Assembly: GCA_016197185.1 (NCBI GenBank)
Contig: JACPWH010000018.1
Location: 1-44,463 of the forward strand
Source: Ignavibacteriota bacterium
Lineage (GTDB): Bacteria; Bacteroidota; Ignavibacteria; Kapaibacteriales; UBA961
Direction: 5' to 3'
DNA length: 44,463 bases
Below, in pieces: positions 18,921-28,029 of this stretch (its first letter is position 1; each line of letters begins with the position of its first letter). Made by a program: the position numbers and the translations under genes. The notes under the pieces are model-generated. The model worked only from the letters and a program-made list of their open reading frames with translations. It did no database searches and was not told the DNA's origin.

Positions 18921-19322
18921 TTAATGTTTAATCCAAGTTTCAGAAATTAAAGCACCTAACCCGTTAGCAACATCATCATCCGCTCTTTTGAAGTCATCCA
19001 AATTTCCCCAAAAGTATAATTTGTCATTTTTAAAAGCAAATGCGAATAAATCATATTTGTCAGTGTACCAAAAGTCGTACCCTATCGCATAGGTCTGCAC
19101 CCAACGTTTGTAGATAAGTACCTTAAACTTATCGTTACTTCCTTGCATTGCAAGTTCTTTCTCCAAAACAGGATCTCTGTCCAAGTACTCTACTACTGAT
19201 TTGTAGTCTTCATTCTTGTTGAGCTTTCCTGCGGTATTATACCCTATAAGCGGGTGGCTACACGACCCGAGTAAAAGAAAAAGCAACGCACCTGCCAGCA
19301 AAAAGCTGTAATGTTTCTTCAA
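18921..19322 (-). CDS. Small lipoprotein, paralog 1 (BamE/BLIP-like)
   Basis: TTG start preceded by GAGGTGA; lipobox LGSC; FAFKNDKLYFWG motif. Confidence 0.8.
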   Translation of the reverse strand: MKKHYSFLLAGALLFLLLGSCSHPLIGYNTAGKLNKNEDYKSVVEYLDRDPVLEKELAMQGSNDKFKVLIYKRWVQTYAIGYDFWYTDKYDLFAFAFKNDKLYFWGNLDDFKRADDDVANGLGALISETWIKH

Positions 19323-19469
19323 AGTGTCACCTCATATTGATTGAAAATAAATTGTTTCCGTCTTAAAACAAATATACCACTGCTAAACTTAATAAAAAAC
19401 TACTCTTTTCTCCATGAAGCAATAATTTATTATATTGAACAAATTTTAGTAACTATTTCTTATCCCTTT

Positions 19470-20438
19470 ATGCGTGTATTCTTTACTTTTCTATTGTTTT
19501 TTGCTTTATTCTCGAATAATTTTTTTGCTGCAACAACTACTTCAATTCCCGATTCTTCGGATAATAAGACATATCAGAGAACTACTTTTGTAGAAGTTCA
19601 AGAAGCAAAACCAGGTAATCTATCTCCCTGGAAAGATACCCAAGGGTACCTCAGAAGAAGTATTGTAGGATTTGATTATGTAAAAAGAAGTGGAAACTTA
19701 GAATCTAAACTTTTTAAGTTCTATAATGGTGAACCCCTTCCTAAAGAAACAGTCAATGGTTTTGAAATAAGTATTGAAGGATTCTTTGCCAACAAATTTA
19801 TTGACAGCACCAAAGAGCATAACCTTATGTACTTCGATAATTTCAAAGCAGGGTATAAATTGGCATATCATAAATATTCCCTTGCCGATACTATTGCCAC
19901 TCAATTTGAACCCTATACGGTCGGTTTTATTGATATGGGGATAAATGTGGATTATACCAGAGGCTACGGATGGACATTCGAGGACAAAGCCAGTTTAAGT
20001 GTATATAAGACACTCGGGCTTACTGTCGGAATATTAGCTTTGACAGATGAAAGTACCAAAGATCCGGTAGCACCTTTTGGAGATTACAATGAAACAGGTT
20101 TTCGTTACCAAATTAATAAAACAATAGGGGCCGTTACAGGAATAAGGGAAAATCAATCCTATAACGGTTTCACTTTCGATAAATGGGCATTAAGTAAAAT
20201 AGTGGAGGTTTCGGGAAATGCTGTGCTGGATAAACTTCTAACTTCATATTTTGTCAATAAAAAAGATCAATGGACTCCTATCTATCAATTAGTCTATCAA
20301 TCGGCGTGGAGTTATCTTTTTTACGCGCTACGTCAAAAAAACACTTACTTCCCTTTTTCAAATACCGAAGGTGAATCAATGGTACAAGATACAAGATTTT
20401 TCATCGGGTTAAAATTTTCTTTTACAAATTATTTGTAA
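19470..20438 (+). CDS. Hypothetical exported protein, probable outer-membrane beta-barrel
   Basis: Signal peptide MRVFFTFLLFFALFS; aromatic/Gly-rich alternating strands; ends RFFIGLKFSFTNYL. Confidence 0.6.
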   Translation: MRVFFTFLLFFALFSNNFFAATTTSIPDSSDNKTYQRTTFVEVQEAKPGNLSPWKDTQGYLRRSIVGFDYVKRSGNLESKLFKFYNGEPLPKETVNGFEISIEGFFANKFIDSTKEHNLMYFDNFKAGYKLAYHKYSLADTIATQFEPYTVGFIDMGINVDYTRGYGWTFEDKASLSVYKTLGLTVGILALTDESTKDPVAPFGDYNETGFRYQINKTIGAVTGIRENQSYNGFTFDKWALSKIVEVSGNAVLDKLLTSYFVNKKDQWTPIYQLVYQSAWSYLFYALRQKNTYFPFSNTEGESMVQDTRFFIGLKFSFTNYL

Positions 20439-20521
20439 ATACCCAAACTAACAAGTTGTATTCAAGGCTGTATTCAAGTCACAAATGCAACTTTTTAATT
20501 TGACAAATTTATATTAAAAAA

Positions 20522-22654
20522 TTACCTGCACTCAATCAAGCAACTCTTCTCTTTCCCGCCGCCTGCCCAGGTCTGTTTCACTACAGTCCCGCTACCCTGC
20601 ACTTTCACCTTTACGTTTGCAGCATGGAGTACAGCCAATGCTCGACGCACCGACATTCCCCGAACATCAGGTCTGAGCGCATCGGCATGTGCTTTTTCAA
20701 TCGAATCGCGTTTGATTGCAGGAGTAGGAACTCTATATTCAGCAATTACGTCAGTTCCGCGCAATACTTTTTTACCAGGCAGTGGTGTTTGCTGGGCAAT
20801 TATCCCCTGTCCGTGATTATTAAGGCGTAATCCGTTTTGGTGTAAAACGGTCATGGCGTTTTCAACGGTGATACCTCGTACATCCGGCACGGAAACTGAA
20901 TCGGGCAGAGTGGCAGTTTTTGTTTCGGTGTCGGAAATACCCTCCATGTGGGTAGCAGAAATCCATTGTTGTGCAATTCTACGGAAAATCGGTGCAGCTG
21001 TTTTACCTCCATAAATATCAGTTTGTGGACGGTCGAGCATGATCATCATAGCAACTTTGGGCTTATCTGCCGGAAAATACCCTACGAACGAAGCGGTGTA
21101 AGCCTGTTTTGAGTATTTGCCATCCTCAAGTTGTTGTGCAGTTCCCGTCTTTCCGGCTATTCTCATCCCTTGCACCCGTGCTTCATTTCCTGTTCCACGT
21201 TCAACTACTCCGCATAGTAATTCTGTAAGCGTTGTGGCAGTTTGCTGAGAAACCACCTGGCGGATTTTTTGCGGAGCATAACTTTCGGTTTCCCTTCCGT
21301 CCTCGCCAAATACCTTTTTGATAAGATAGGGTTTCATCATCACACCGCCATTGGCAACTGCAGCATAAGCATTTACTATTTGCAATGCAGTTGCAGCAAG
21401 TTCATAACCATACGCCATAAAAAATTTTGTAGCACCGTCGAACTCTCGTGGCTTCTTCATTCTGCCGGAGGACTCTCCGGGTACATCAATTCCGAGTGTG
21501 ATCCCAAAACCAAAATCACGGGCATACTTGTAGAATTTATCATCCGGAATTTTCATGGATTGTGTGGCAAAAACCACATTACTCGATTGCTCAAGCCCCT
21601 GAGCAAATGTTATTCGTCCTAAAGGGTGGGTATCTTTAATTTCATAGCCGTCAGAAAGTTTCCATATACCACCATGAGCATCTACTGTATCGGCAGGTGC
21701 AACCGTTTTTTCTTCAAGTGCTGCTGCAGCAGTCACGAGTTTGAATGTTGAGCCGGGTTCATACATATCGGTGATCGCCCGTATTTTCATTGTCTCTTGG
21801 GATGCCTGTTGAGGGCGGTTGGGATTGAAACTCGGGGAGGAGGCAACAGCAAGAATTTCACCTGTTGATGGATCAAGTGCAATGATTGTACCCGATACTG
21901 CCCGTGCATCGGCAATTCCCCGTTCGAGTTCGTATTCTGCTATTCGCTGTAGTTCCATATCAAGTGTAAGCTGTACGGATTTTCCGTTGGAAGCGGCTGC
22001 TGAAGGTAAATCCACGGATGGACGAAGATTTCCACGTCCGTCCCGTTGCATCACCATATATCCCGACGAACCACGCAAGACGGAATCGAGAGCAAGTTCC
22101 ACCCCGCTTAATCCCTGATTGTCAACATTCGTGCAGCCGACTATTTGTGCTGCAGCATTACCGAAATAATAATTCCGTCGTGGCTCTGTTACGCGAATAA
22201 GTCCTATATCTTGCAAAGTGTCAAGAATAGAAGAGCGGTCAAGATTACTTCGTGCAACCCACAGAAATGATTTGTCGGAAGATCGTATTTTTTGTTCCCA
22301 AATAGATGCGGAATCTCCGGTTAATTGTTGCAAAGCTGATGCAATGGTATGGGTATGCTGTACCATACTAGGATCTACAGCAAATGATGCACTGTTGATT
22401 GTTGAGGCAATTACATGTCCATTGCGGTCATAGATTGACCCTCGTTGAGGTTTGAGTTCAATGCGAGATTCGTATTGTTTACGGGCAAGAGCACGATATT
22501 TTCCTGAATTGATAACTTGAACTATGAACAAACGAACCAATATTCCGATGAAACAGAGCGAAAGAACAACCAGCAGAAGACCTGTCTTCCAATTTTGATT
22601 GGATTCCTTTTCTTTGTCCGATTCCGTTTGAGATTTTGTTTGAGTAGATTGCAT
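20522..22654 (-). CDS. ftsI: Class B penicillin-binding protein (FtsI/PBP3-like) with two C-terminal PASTA domains
   Basis: N-terminal TM, RGSIYDRNG, GLSGVE, EPGSTFK (SxxK), SSN, KTGTAQ, two PDVRG PASTA repeats. Confidence 0.9.
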   Translation of the reverse strand: MQSTQTKSQTESDKEKESNQNWKTGLLLVVLSLCFIGILVRLFIVQVINSGKYRALARKQYESRIELKPQRGSIYDRNGHVIASTINSASFAVDPSMVQHTHTIASALQQLTGDSASIWEQKIRSSDKSFLWVARSNLDRSSILDTLQDIGLIRVTEPRRNYYFGNAAAQIVGCTNVDNQGLSGVELALDSVLRGSSGYMVMQRDGRGNLRPSVDLPSAAASNGKSVQLTLDMELQRIAEYELERGIADARAVSGTIIALDPSTGEILAVASSPSFNPNRPQQASQETMKIRAITDMYEPGSTFKLVTAAAALEEKTVAPADTVDAHGGIWKLSDGYEIKDTHPLGRITFAQGLEQSSNVVFATQSMKIPDDKFYKYARDFGFGITLGIDVPGESSGRMKKPREFDGATKFFMAYGYELAATALQIVNAYAAVANGGVMMKPYLIKKVFGEDGRETESYAPQKIRQVVSQQTATTLTELLCGVVERGTGNEARVQGMRIAGKTGTAQQLEDGKYSKQAYTASFVGYFPADKPKVAMMIMLDRPQTDIYGGKTAAPIFRRIAQQWISATHMEGISDTETKTATLPDSVSVPDVRGITVENAMTVLHQNGLRLNNHGQGIIAQQTPLPGKKVLRGTDVIAEYRVPTPAIKRDSIEKAHADALRPDVRGMSVRRALAVLHAANVKVKVQGSGTVVKQTWAGGGKEKSCLIECR

Positions 22655-22680
22655 TACAATTATAGTATCTGAATTTGTCG

Positions 22681-23646
22681 TTATTTGTTCATTTCAACAG
22701 AGACTAAGTCGGCTGTTATTGGTGAGTCTTCGCTTCTAAGTTTTCCTTTTTGTCTGAAATAGAGCATGGCTGTCGGACGCCATTCGATTCTCATTCGTTT
22801 CATAATTTCTTCGGGAGTTGCTCCGAGTTCCGCCATGAGGATACCTGCTGTATGCCGGAGAGAAAAAGGTGTAAGTTTCAAATCCCTCCCGCGCTTTACA
22901 TTACTGTTTTTGAGACGAACGCTGATTGTCTCTCGAATACCACGAATACTCATTGATTTACCTTGTGCTCTATTGCTGTAACTTAGAAATAAAGGAGAAT
23001 CTTCAGGGATATCCTTACCTCGATTCGTCAGATATTTTTCAAGGGCATCATACGTAGCTTTTGGAACTCTAACCGGTTCATCTTTAATACTTTTGCCTTT
23101 TCCTTGGACATTGAGAATCCATAGACTCTCAACCTTTTTGAGATCGCCTACTTCTGCATGGGTAAGTTCAAGTTCGGCGCAGGCGCATCCCAGCATTGTA
23201 AGGATTAGGGCTTTATCCCTCAGACCTGTGGCAGTATCTTCTTCGATACTGTTTAAAAGCAATTCAATATCGTTAAGGGTAAGAAATGTTCTTGCATGAG
23301 CAATAGGTCGCCTTCCACCTTGAATACCCTTTGCCGGATTTTTTTCTATAACACCTGATTCTACAAGATATTGGCACAGTCTGCGAAGTGAAGTCATATA
23401 AGCAGCCACAGAAACATCCTGCATCTTTTTGGTGGTATGCAGGTGCTTCTTATAGCGTTCTACATCTTTTACTCTAAATTGAAATTGCCGATCTGCCGAA
23501 AAAAAAGTAACAAACTCCCTTAGGGTTCGCTGATATGTTCCTTGTGTCTCTTTGCTCTTATCTGAATATGAAGCGATGAATTTCTCCACATAGTCAGTCA
23601 ATGTGGATAGTTTCATTCTGGCAGGCTTGAAATAATCTTCAATCAT
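22681..23646 (-). CDS. Xer-like tyrosine-recombinase-fold protein with degenerate active site
   Basis: SAM-like core-binding domain (SLRRLCQYL..IEKNPA), LRDKALI, QGKGK, LTPFSLRHT, TAMLY; several catalytic positions substituted. Confidence 0.88.
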   Translation of the reverse strand: MIEDYFKPARMKLSTLTDYVEKFIASYSDKSKETQGTYQRTLREFVTFFSADRQFQFRVKDVERYKKHLHTTKKMQDVSVAAYMTSLRRLCQYLVESGVIEKNPAKGIQGGRRPIAHARTFLTLNDIELLLNSIEEDTATGLRDKALILTMLGCACAELELTHAEVGDLKKVESLWILNVQGKGKSIKDEPVRVPKATYDALEKYLTNRGKDIPEDSPLFLSYSNRAQGKSMSIRGIRETISVRLKNSNVKRGRDLKLTPFSLRHTAGILMAELGATPEEIMKRMRIEWRPTAMLYFRQKGKLRSEDSPITADLVSVEMNK

Positions 23647-23836
23647 AAAGATATACAGGAAAGCGTTGAACGAAAGATGTATTCCGGTTTTTGTCCAAAA
23701 TTACCGCATTTTTCAATATAGAACGAGAAGGAATTTTTGTATCTTTGAAAAAAACTCGTGCTTTCTTGGGGTTTACGAAACAGAAACACTGTTTTGTAAA
23801 TGGCTATCATATCATTATTCATTTATTATCGTTTTC

Positions 23837-25048
23837 ATGAAAAACTATATCTATCTGTTGGCAGCATCTATCCTTCTTTTATCATCATGCACAAAAAACT
23901 CCTTATCGGACGGAAGTAAAACAATCAAATTTTGGCATTTTTGGAGTGAGCCGTCACAAAAACAGGCATTGAAAGACATCGTAGCTGAATTCGAGAAGCA
24001 AGAGCATTGCAAGGTTGAACTTACGGATTTAAGTTGGAATGATGGCAAAACAAAACTTCTCGCTGCTTTTAATTCAAATACCGCACCCGATATTATAGAG
24101 CTTGGTTCGGATTGGGTGGCACAATTTTCAAGCGCAGGTGTGCTGCAAGAATTACCGAAAGATTCTATTTTTTCAAAATTTGCTGAGTTTTCTCAGCCAC
24201 CTGCAATGTGGAAAGGAAAAGTATATGCGTATCCTTGGAATGTAGATACTCGTGTCATGTTTTGCAATAATGAACTGTTAAAGAAAGCGGGAATAACTTC
24301 AATTCCTACTAATACTATCGAGCTAATCACTGCTTGTGAAAAACTGCAATCAATAGAGGGGATATACCCTTTCGGTGCTAATGGGGACGACCGTCATCGC
24401 CTTTACAAAAAAATACTTCCGTTCTTTTGGAGTAACGGAGGTGATGTGATGGACGCAAACGGAAAACTAACCTTAAATTCAGCAGAGAATATCCAAGGAT
24501 TGAACACCTATATTACATTATCTCGAATGGGTCTGATAGAAACACAGCGACAGTTGGATGTATCGTTTGTTCAGGGCAAGGTGGGATTTTGGTTTTCAGG
24601 CGGGTGGCTGATGACAAAAATTGCTGCGGGAAATCCATCGTTGGATTATAGCGTGGCATTAGTTCCCGGAATGAAATCTTCAGGAGTATCATTTGCCGGA
24701 GGTGAATATATTGCTTTATCGGCTAAAGGAACAAATCAAGAATTAGCTGCAAAATTTGCAAAATATATAACTGATGGTAAAACCACTTTGGAATTCTGTA
24801 AGAGGGTACCTGAGGTCGGCTTCCCTGCCGACAAACGATATTTCTCTGACAATTATTTCAAGCAGGTTAAGAACCGCAGTATTTTTGCAGAACAATTAAC
24901 AAAAGCAAGAATGACACCTGTCCACCCAAAATGGTTAGAGATTGAAGTACTTTTGGAAAATGCAGTTGTTGAGGCATTGTATGGAAGAAAATCAGCTGCG
25001 AATGCTCTGAATGATGCACAGGCAGAGGCAGTTGGGCGGTATCAGTAA
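23837..25048 (+). CDS. Carbohydrate ABC transporter extracellular solute-binding lipoprotein
   Basis: Lipobox LSSC; TIKFWHFW, APDIIELG, GKVYAYPW, SFAGGE; no permease genes adjacent. Confidence 0.9.
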   Translation: MKNYIYLLAASILLLSSCTKNSLSDGSKTIKFWHFWSEPSQKQALKDIVAEFEKQEHCKVELTDLSWNDGKTKLLAAFNSNTAPDIIELGSDWVAQFSSAGVLQELPKDSIFSKFAEFSQPPAMWKGKVYAYPWNVDTRVMFCNNELLKKAGITSIPTNTIELITACEKLQSIEGIYPFGANGDDRHRLYKKILPFFWSNGGDVMDANGKLTLNSAENIQGLNTYITLSRMGLIETQRQLDVSFVQGKVGFWFSGGWLMTKIAAGNPSLDYSVALVPGMKSSGVSFAGGEYIALSAKGTNQELAAKFAKYITDGKTTLEFCKRVPEVGFPADKRYFSDNYFKQVKNRSIFAEQLTKARMTPVHPKWLEIEVLLENAVVEALYGRKSAANALNDAQAEAVGRYQ

Positions 25049-25126
25049 AAGAGTCTAAACAAATAGAAGATATGTGAATACGAGGGATTCTCATATTTAT
25101 ATAAAATTTAACAATGAAATTTCATA

Positions 25127-25143
25127 CGACCCTGACAGGGTCG
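25127..25143. repeat. REP-like palindrome
   Basis: CGACCCT-GAC-AGGGTCG in an AT-rich intergenic region with no T-tract. Confidence 0.5.
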
Positions 25144-25213
25144 AAAGTTTAAATATAACTAAGATTGTTATAACTATTTAATTCCTATGGTGATTAATCA
25201 GATTATATTATAG

Positions 25214-25241
25214 TCATTCTCATTCTCATTCTCATTCTCAT
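25214..25241. repeat. Hexanucleotide microsatellite (TCATTC)x4.7
   Basis: Read directly from the sequence. Confidence 0.95.
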
Positions 25242-25299
25242 ACCAATAAACTGTCAGCAAATTAGCTCTTAGAATTAATAGGAATTTTAATAACACTCA

Positions 25300-26274
25300 A
25301 TGACAACCGAATTATTAGATGCTCTAAACTCACCCGACTCTGCAATCATCCGTGCTGCAGAATTGTTACGTTCCGGTGAAGTAGTAGGTTTCCCTACCGA
25401 AACCGTCTATGGTCTTGGAGCATGTATATTTAATGAAACAGCTGTAAGGAAAATTTACGAAGCTAAGGGTCGCCCACAGGATAATCCATTGATTGCTCAC
25501 ATTGCTTCAATTGAAGATGCCAAAAGAATTGCCGTGAATATTCCTGATGAATTTTACAGGTTGGCTGATGCTTTTTTTCCGGGAGCATTGACAGTAATTT
25601 TACGTAAGCGAAAGCAAGTTCCTTCAATTGTTTCAGCAGGATTAGATACTATCGCCGTTCGGATGCCTGCACATGAGATAGCTTTAAGAATTATAGCGGA
25701 GGCGGGTGAGCCGCTTGTTGCGCCATCTGCAAACCGTTCAGGGAAACCGAGTCCAACTTCTGCCCAACATGTATTTGATGATCTGAACGGTAGAATTGCT
25801 GCAATCGTTGATGGTGGCAAGTGTAGAGTTGGGATTGAATCGACAATTATAGATATTCTAGGTGATATTCCGGTGATAGTTCGCCCGGGTTCGATTACCG
25901 GTGAAAATATCGAGCAAATATTGGGTAAAAAAGTGATTATACATTCAGCCGGAGAATCGCCGGTACCGATTGCACCCGGGATGAAGTATAGGCATTACGC
26001 CCCACAAGCAATTGTTAAACTAAAAAAATCATGGGAGGAAATTTCAGAGGAAATAGATAAGAATCCCAATTATAAACGGATGATATTAACGACAGAGGAA
26101 GCACCTGCCAAATTAAAAGATATTGTATTTTCATTGAGCACAGAGACAATTTATGCAGAATTTCGGAGAGCTGATGCTGAAAGTTTCCAAGAAATCCTTA
26201 TTTTGTGTAGTGATACTGTGCAAACCAACACCGCTCTGATGAATCGAATAGCAAAGGCAGCATCGGGAACGTAG
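25300..26274 (+). CDS. sua5: L-threonylcarbamoyladenylate synthase with SUA5 domain
   Basis: FPTETVYGL, KGRPQDNPLI, APSANRSG, GIESTI, APGMKYRHYAP. Confidence 0.96.
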   Translation: MTTELLDALNSPDSAIIRAAELLRSGEVVGFPTETVYGLGACIFNETAVRKIYEAKGRPQDNPLIAHIASIEDAKRIAVNIPDEFYRLADAFFPGALTVILRKRKQVPSIVSAGLDTIAVRMPAHEIALRIIAEAGEPLVAPSANRSGKPSPTSAQHVFDDLNGRIAAIVDGGKCRVGIESTIIDILGDIPVIVRPGSITGENIEQILGKKVIIHSAGESPVPIAPGMKYRHYAPQAIVKLKKSWEEISEEIDKNPNYKRMILTTEEAPAKLKDIVFSLSTETIYAEFRRADAESFQEILILCSDTVQTNTALMNRIAKAASGT

Positions 26275-26318
26275 TCTATTTGCAATTGTTAAGTCGATAT
26301 ATTCCATAACTCGTTCCT

Positions 26319-26585
26319 ATGATTCAAGAAACACTTATAGTTCGTAATCGTGCCGGTCTTCATACTCGCCCTGCAGCGATGCTTGTGAAATTAGCTGCAA
26401 AATTCAAATCGGATATTTATCTTAACCGTGACGGATATGATATAAATGCTAAAAGTATTATCGGGGTTATGACACTTGCTGCCGAGCAAGGCAGTGAACT
26501 TTTGTTAACGGTTGAAGGTGCAGATGAGCAGGACGCAATTGTAGAGCTCAAATCACTTTTTGAAAACGGATTCGGTGAATTATAA
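26319..26585 (+). CDS. ptsH: HPr phosphocarrier protein
   Basis: GLHTRPA (His15), NAKSIIGV (Ser46), EGADE. Confidence 0.96.
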   Translation: MIQETLIVRNRAGLHTRPAAMLVKLAAKFKSDIYLNRDGYDINAKSIIGVMTLAAEQGSELLLTVEGADEQDAIVELKSLFENGFGEL

Positions 26586-26649
26586 ATAAATGGCGGGACT
26601 AAAATAATCGTCATAATTAATATTCATAATTTGGCAAGTATTAGAACAA

Positions 26650-26698
26650 CGACTAAGCTTAGTATGACATAACTTGATTACCATGGAGAGCTTAGTCG
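26650..26698. repeat. Inverted repeat, degenerate REP-like pair
   Basis: CGACTAAGCT ... AGCTTAGTCG 10-bp arms with a 29-nt spacer. Confidence 0.55.
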
Positions 26699-26827
26699 AA
26701 GCATTTAAGTAGTTGGCAATCTTCAGACAAATATTTTTTTATGTAATGTTTCGGTTGTTTTAGTACAATCACTTATCCGTCCCCTGAAAACACAGTACTA
26801 TATTTATTTACATTTAGAAAGAACGTT

Positions 26828-27337
26828 ATGTTAAAGGGAAAAGTATTAGAAATGCTCAATGAGCAAATGAACCGTGAGTTTTTTTCATGGTATCTCTACC
26901 TATCGGCAGCTACCTATTTTAACACGCTCGATTTGGAGGGGTTTGAACAATGGACTCGACGACAAGCAACTGAAGAAACAACTCATGCGATGAAAATATA
27001 TAATTATATGCTTGAGCGAAATGGTGAGGTGGTTCTCAGCAAAATCCCTGCCCCTACTCAAAAATGGAATTCACCAATAGAAGTCATTGAAGCGGTATAT
27101 CAACATGAGTGTGAACTTACAGGGCGGATTAACGACATCGTTCGCCTAACTCGCGAAGTGAGTGATTATACTACTGAAGTGTTCCTCCATTGGTTCATTA
27201 CCGAGCAACGAGAAGAAGAGGCAATGGCAAGCCGTGTATTACAAAAATTGAAAATGATAGGTAATGATATGGGTGGGTTATTAATGCTTGATGCTCAAGT
27301 TGCAACTGTTGGTCAAGCACCCGAAAGTGCTACCTAA
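26828..27337 (+). CDS. ftnA: Non-heme ferritin
   Basis: LNEQMNRE..YL, EETTHAMK, HE, FLHWFITEQREEE ferroxidase residues. Confidence 0.95.
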   Translation: MLKGKVLEMLNEQMNREFFSWYLYLSAATYFNTLDLEGFEQWTRRQATEETTHAMKIYNYMLERNGEVVLSKIPAPTQKWNSPIEVIEAVYQHECELTGRINDIVRLTREVSDYTTEVFLHWFITEQREEEAMASRVLQKLKMIGNDMGGLLMLDAQVATVGQAPESAT

Positions 27338-27352
27338 TTTATAGGAAAAACA

Positions 27353-27910
27353 ATGAAAATCTATACAAAAACAGGAGATGATGGGACTACCGGACTTTTC
27401 GGAGGACAGCGTGTTGAAAAATATCATCTTCGCATTGCAGCTTACGGAACGGTAGATGAACTTAATTCTGTTATTGGAGTTGCCCTTACTCATAAGCCAA
27501 CCCATCGGCTGAAACATCCGCTTGAGCATTTGTCGTCCTTATTATTTACCGTTGGAAGTGATTTGGCAACTCCGCTCGATCCTCCTGCTAAATATCATAT
27601 TCCCCGTATTGAATTGGAGCATATTGAATGGCTTGAACATTTGATTGATGAATTCGAGGAAGATTTAACTCCATTGAGAAATTTCATCTTACCCGGAGGG
27701 TGTCCGCTATCGGCGCATCTTCATCTTGCACGAACGGTATGCAGACGTGCTGAACGAGCAGCTGTAGAGCTTTCCCATTCAGAAAATATCGGTGAATTTG
27801 CTATAAAGTTTTTGAATAGGCTTTCCGATTTTCTTTTTGTAACGGCGAGAATGGCTAATTTTCTTGAGGGAGTGGATGATGTGCCGTGGGTGCCGAATGA
27901 GAGGAAATGA
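27353..27910 (+). CDS. PduO-type cob(I)alamin adenosyltransferase
   Basis: KIYTKTGDDGTT, AYGTVDELNS, FILPGG, RTVCRRAER, LNRLSDFLF. Confidence 0.95.
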   Translation: MKIYTKTGDDGTTGLFGGQRVEKYHLRIAAYGTVDELNSVIGVALTHKPTHRLKHPLEHLSSLLFTVGSDLATPLDPPAKYHIPRIELEHIEWLEHLIDEFEEDLTPLRNFILPGGCPLSAHLHLARTVCRRAERAAVELSHSENIGEFAIKFLNRLSDFLFVTARMANFLEGVDDVPWVPNERK

Positions 27911-28029
27911 TGAGTTTATATTGATGTTATTTGCATGTATTTATAATTCAAAAAAAATTCTTTTTTGGATGTAAATAAATTCGTAAGTTGTTTGTAGAAA
28001 AATATAGCGTTTTTTCTTTACTCTGTTCT

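Noticed and set aside
22681-23646. Integrase marking a prophage or genomic island
   Set aside because: No att repeats, phage or conjugation genes, or adjacent tRNA; flanked by core-type genes, and the active site is degenerate
26600-26635. Fur box upstream of ferritin
   Set aside because: AT-rich with only a weak match to the 19-bp consensus; not distinguishable from background
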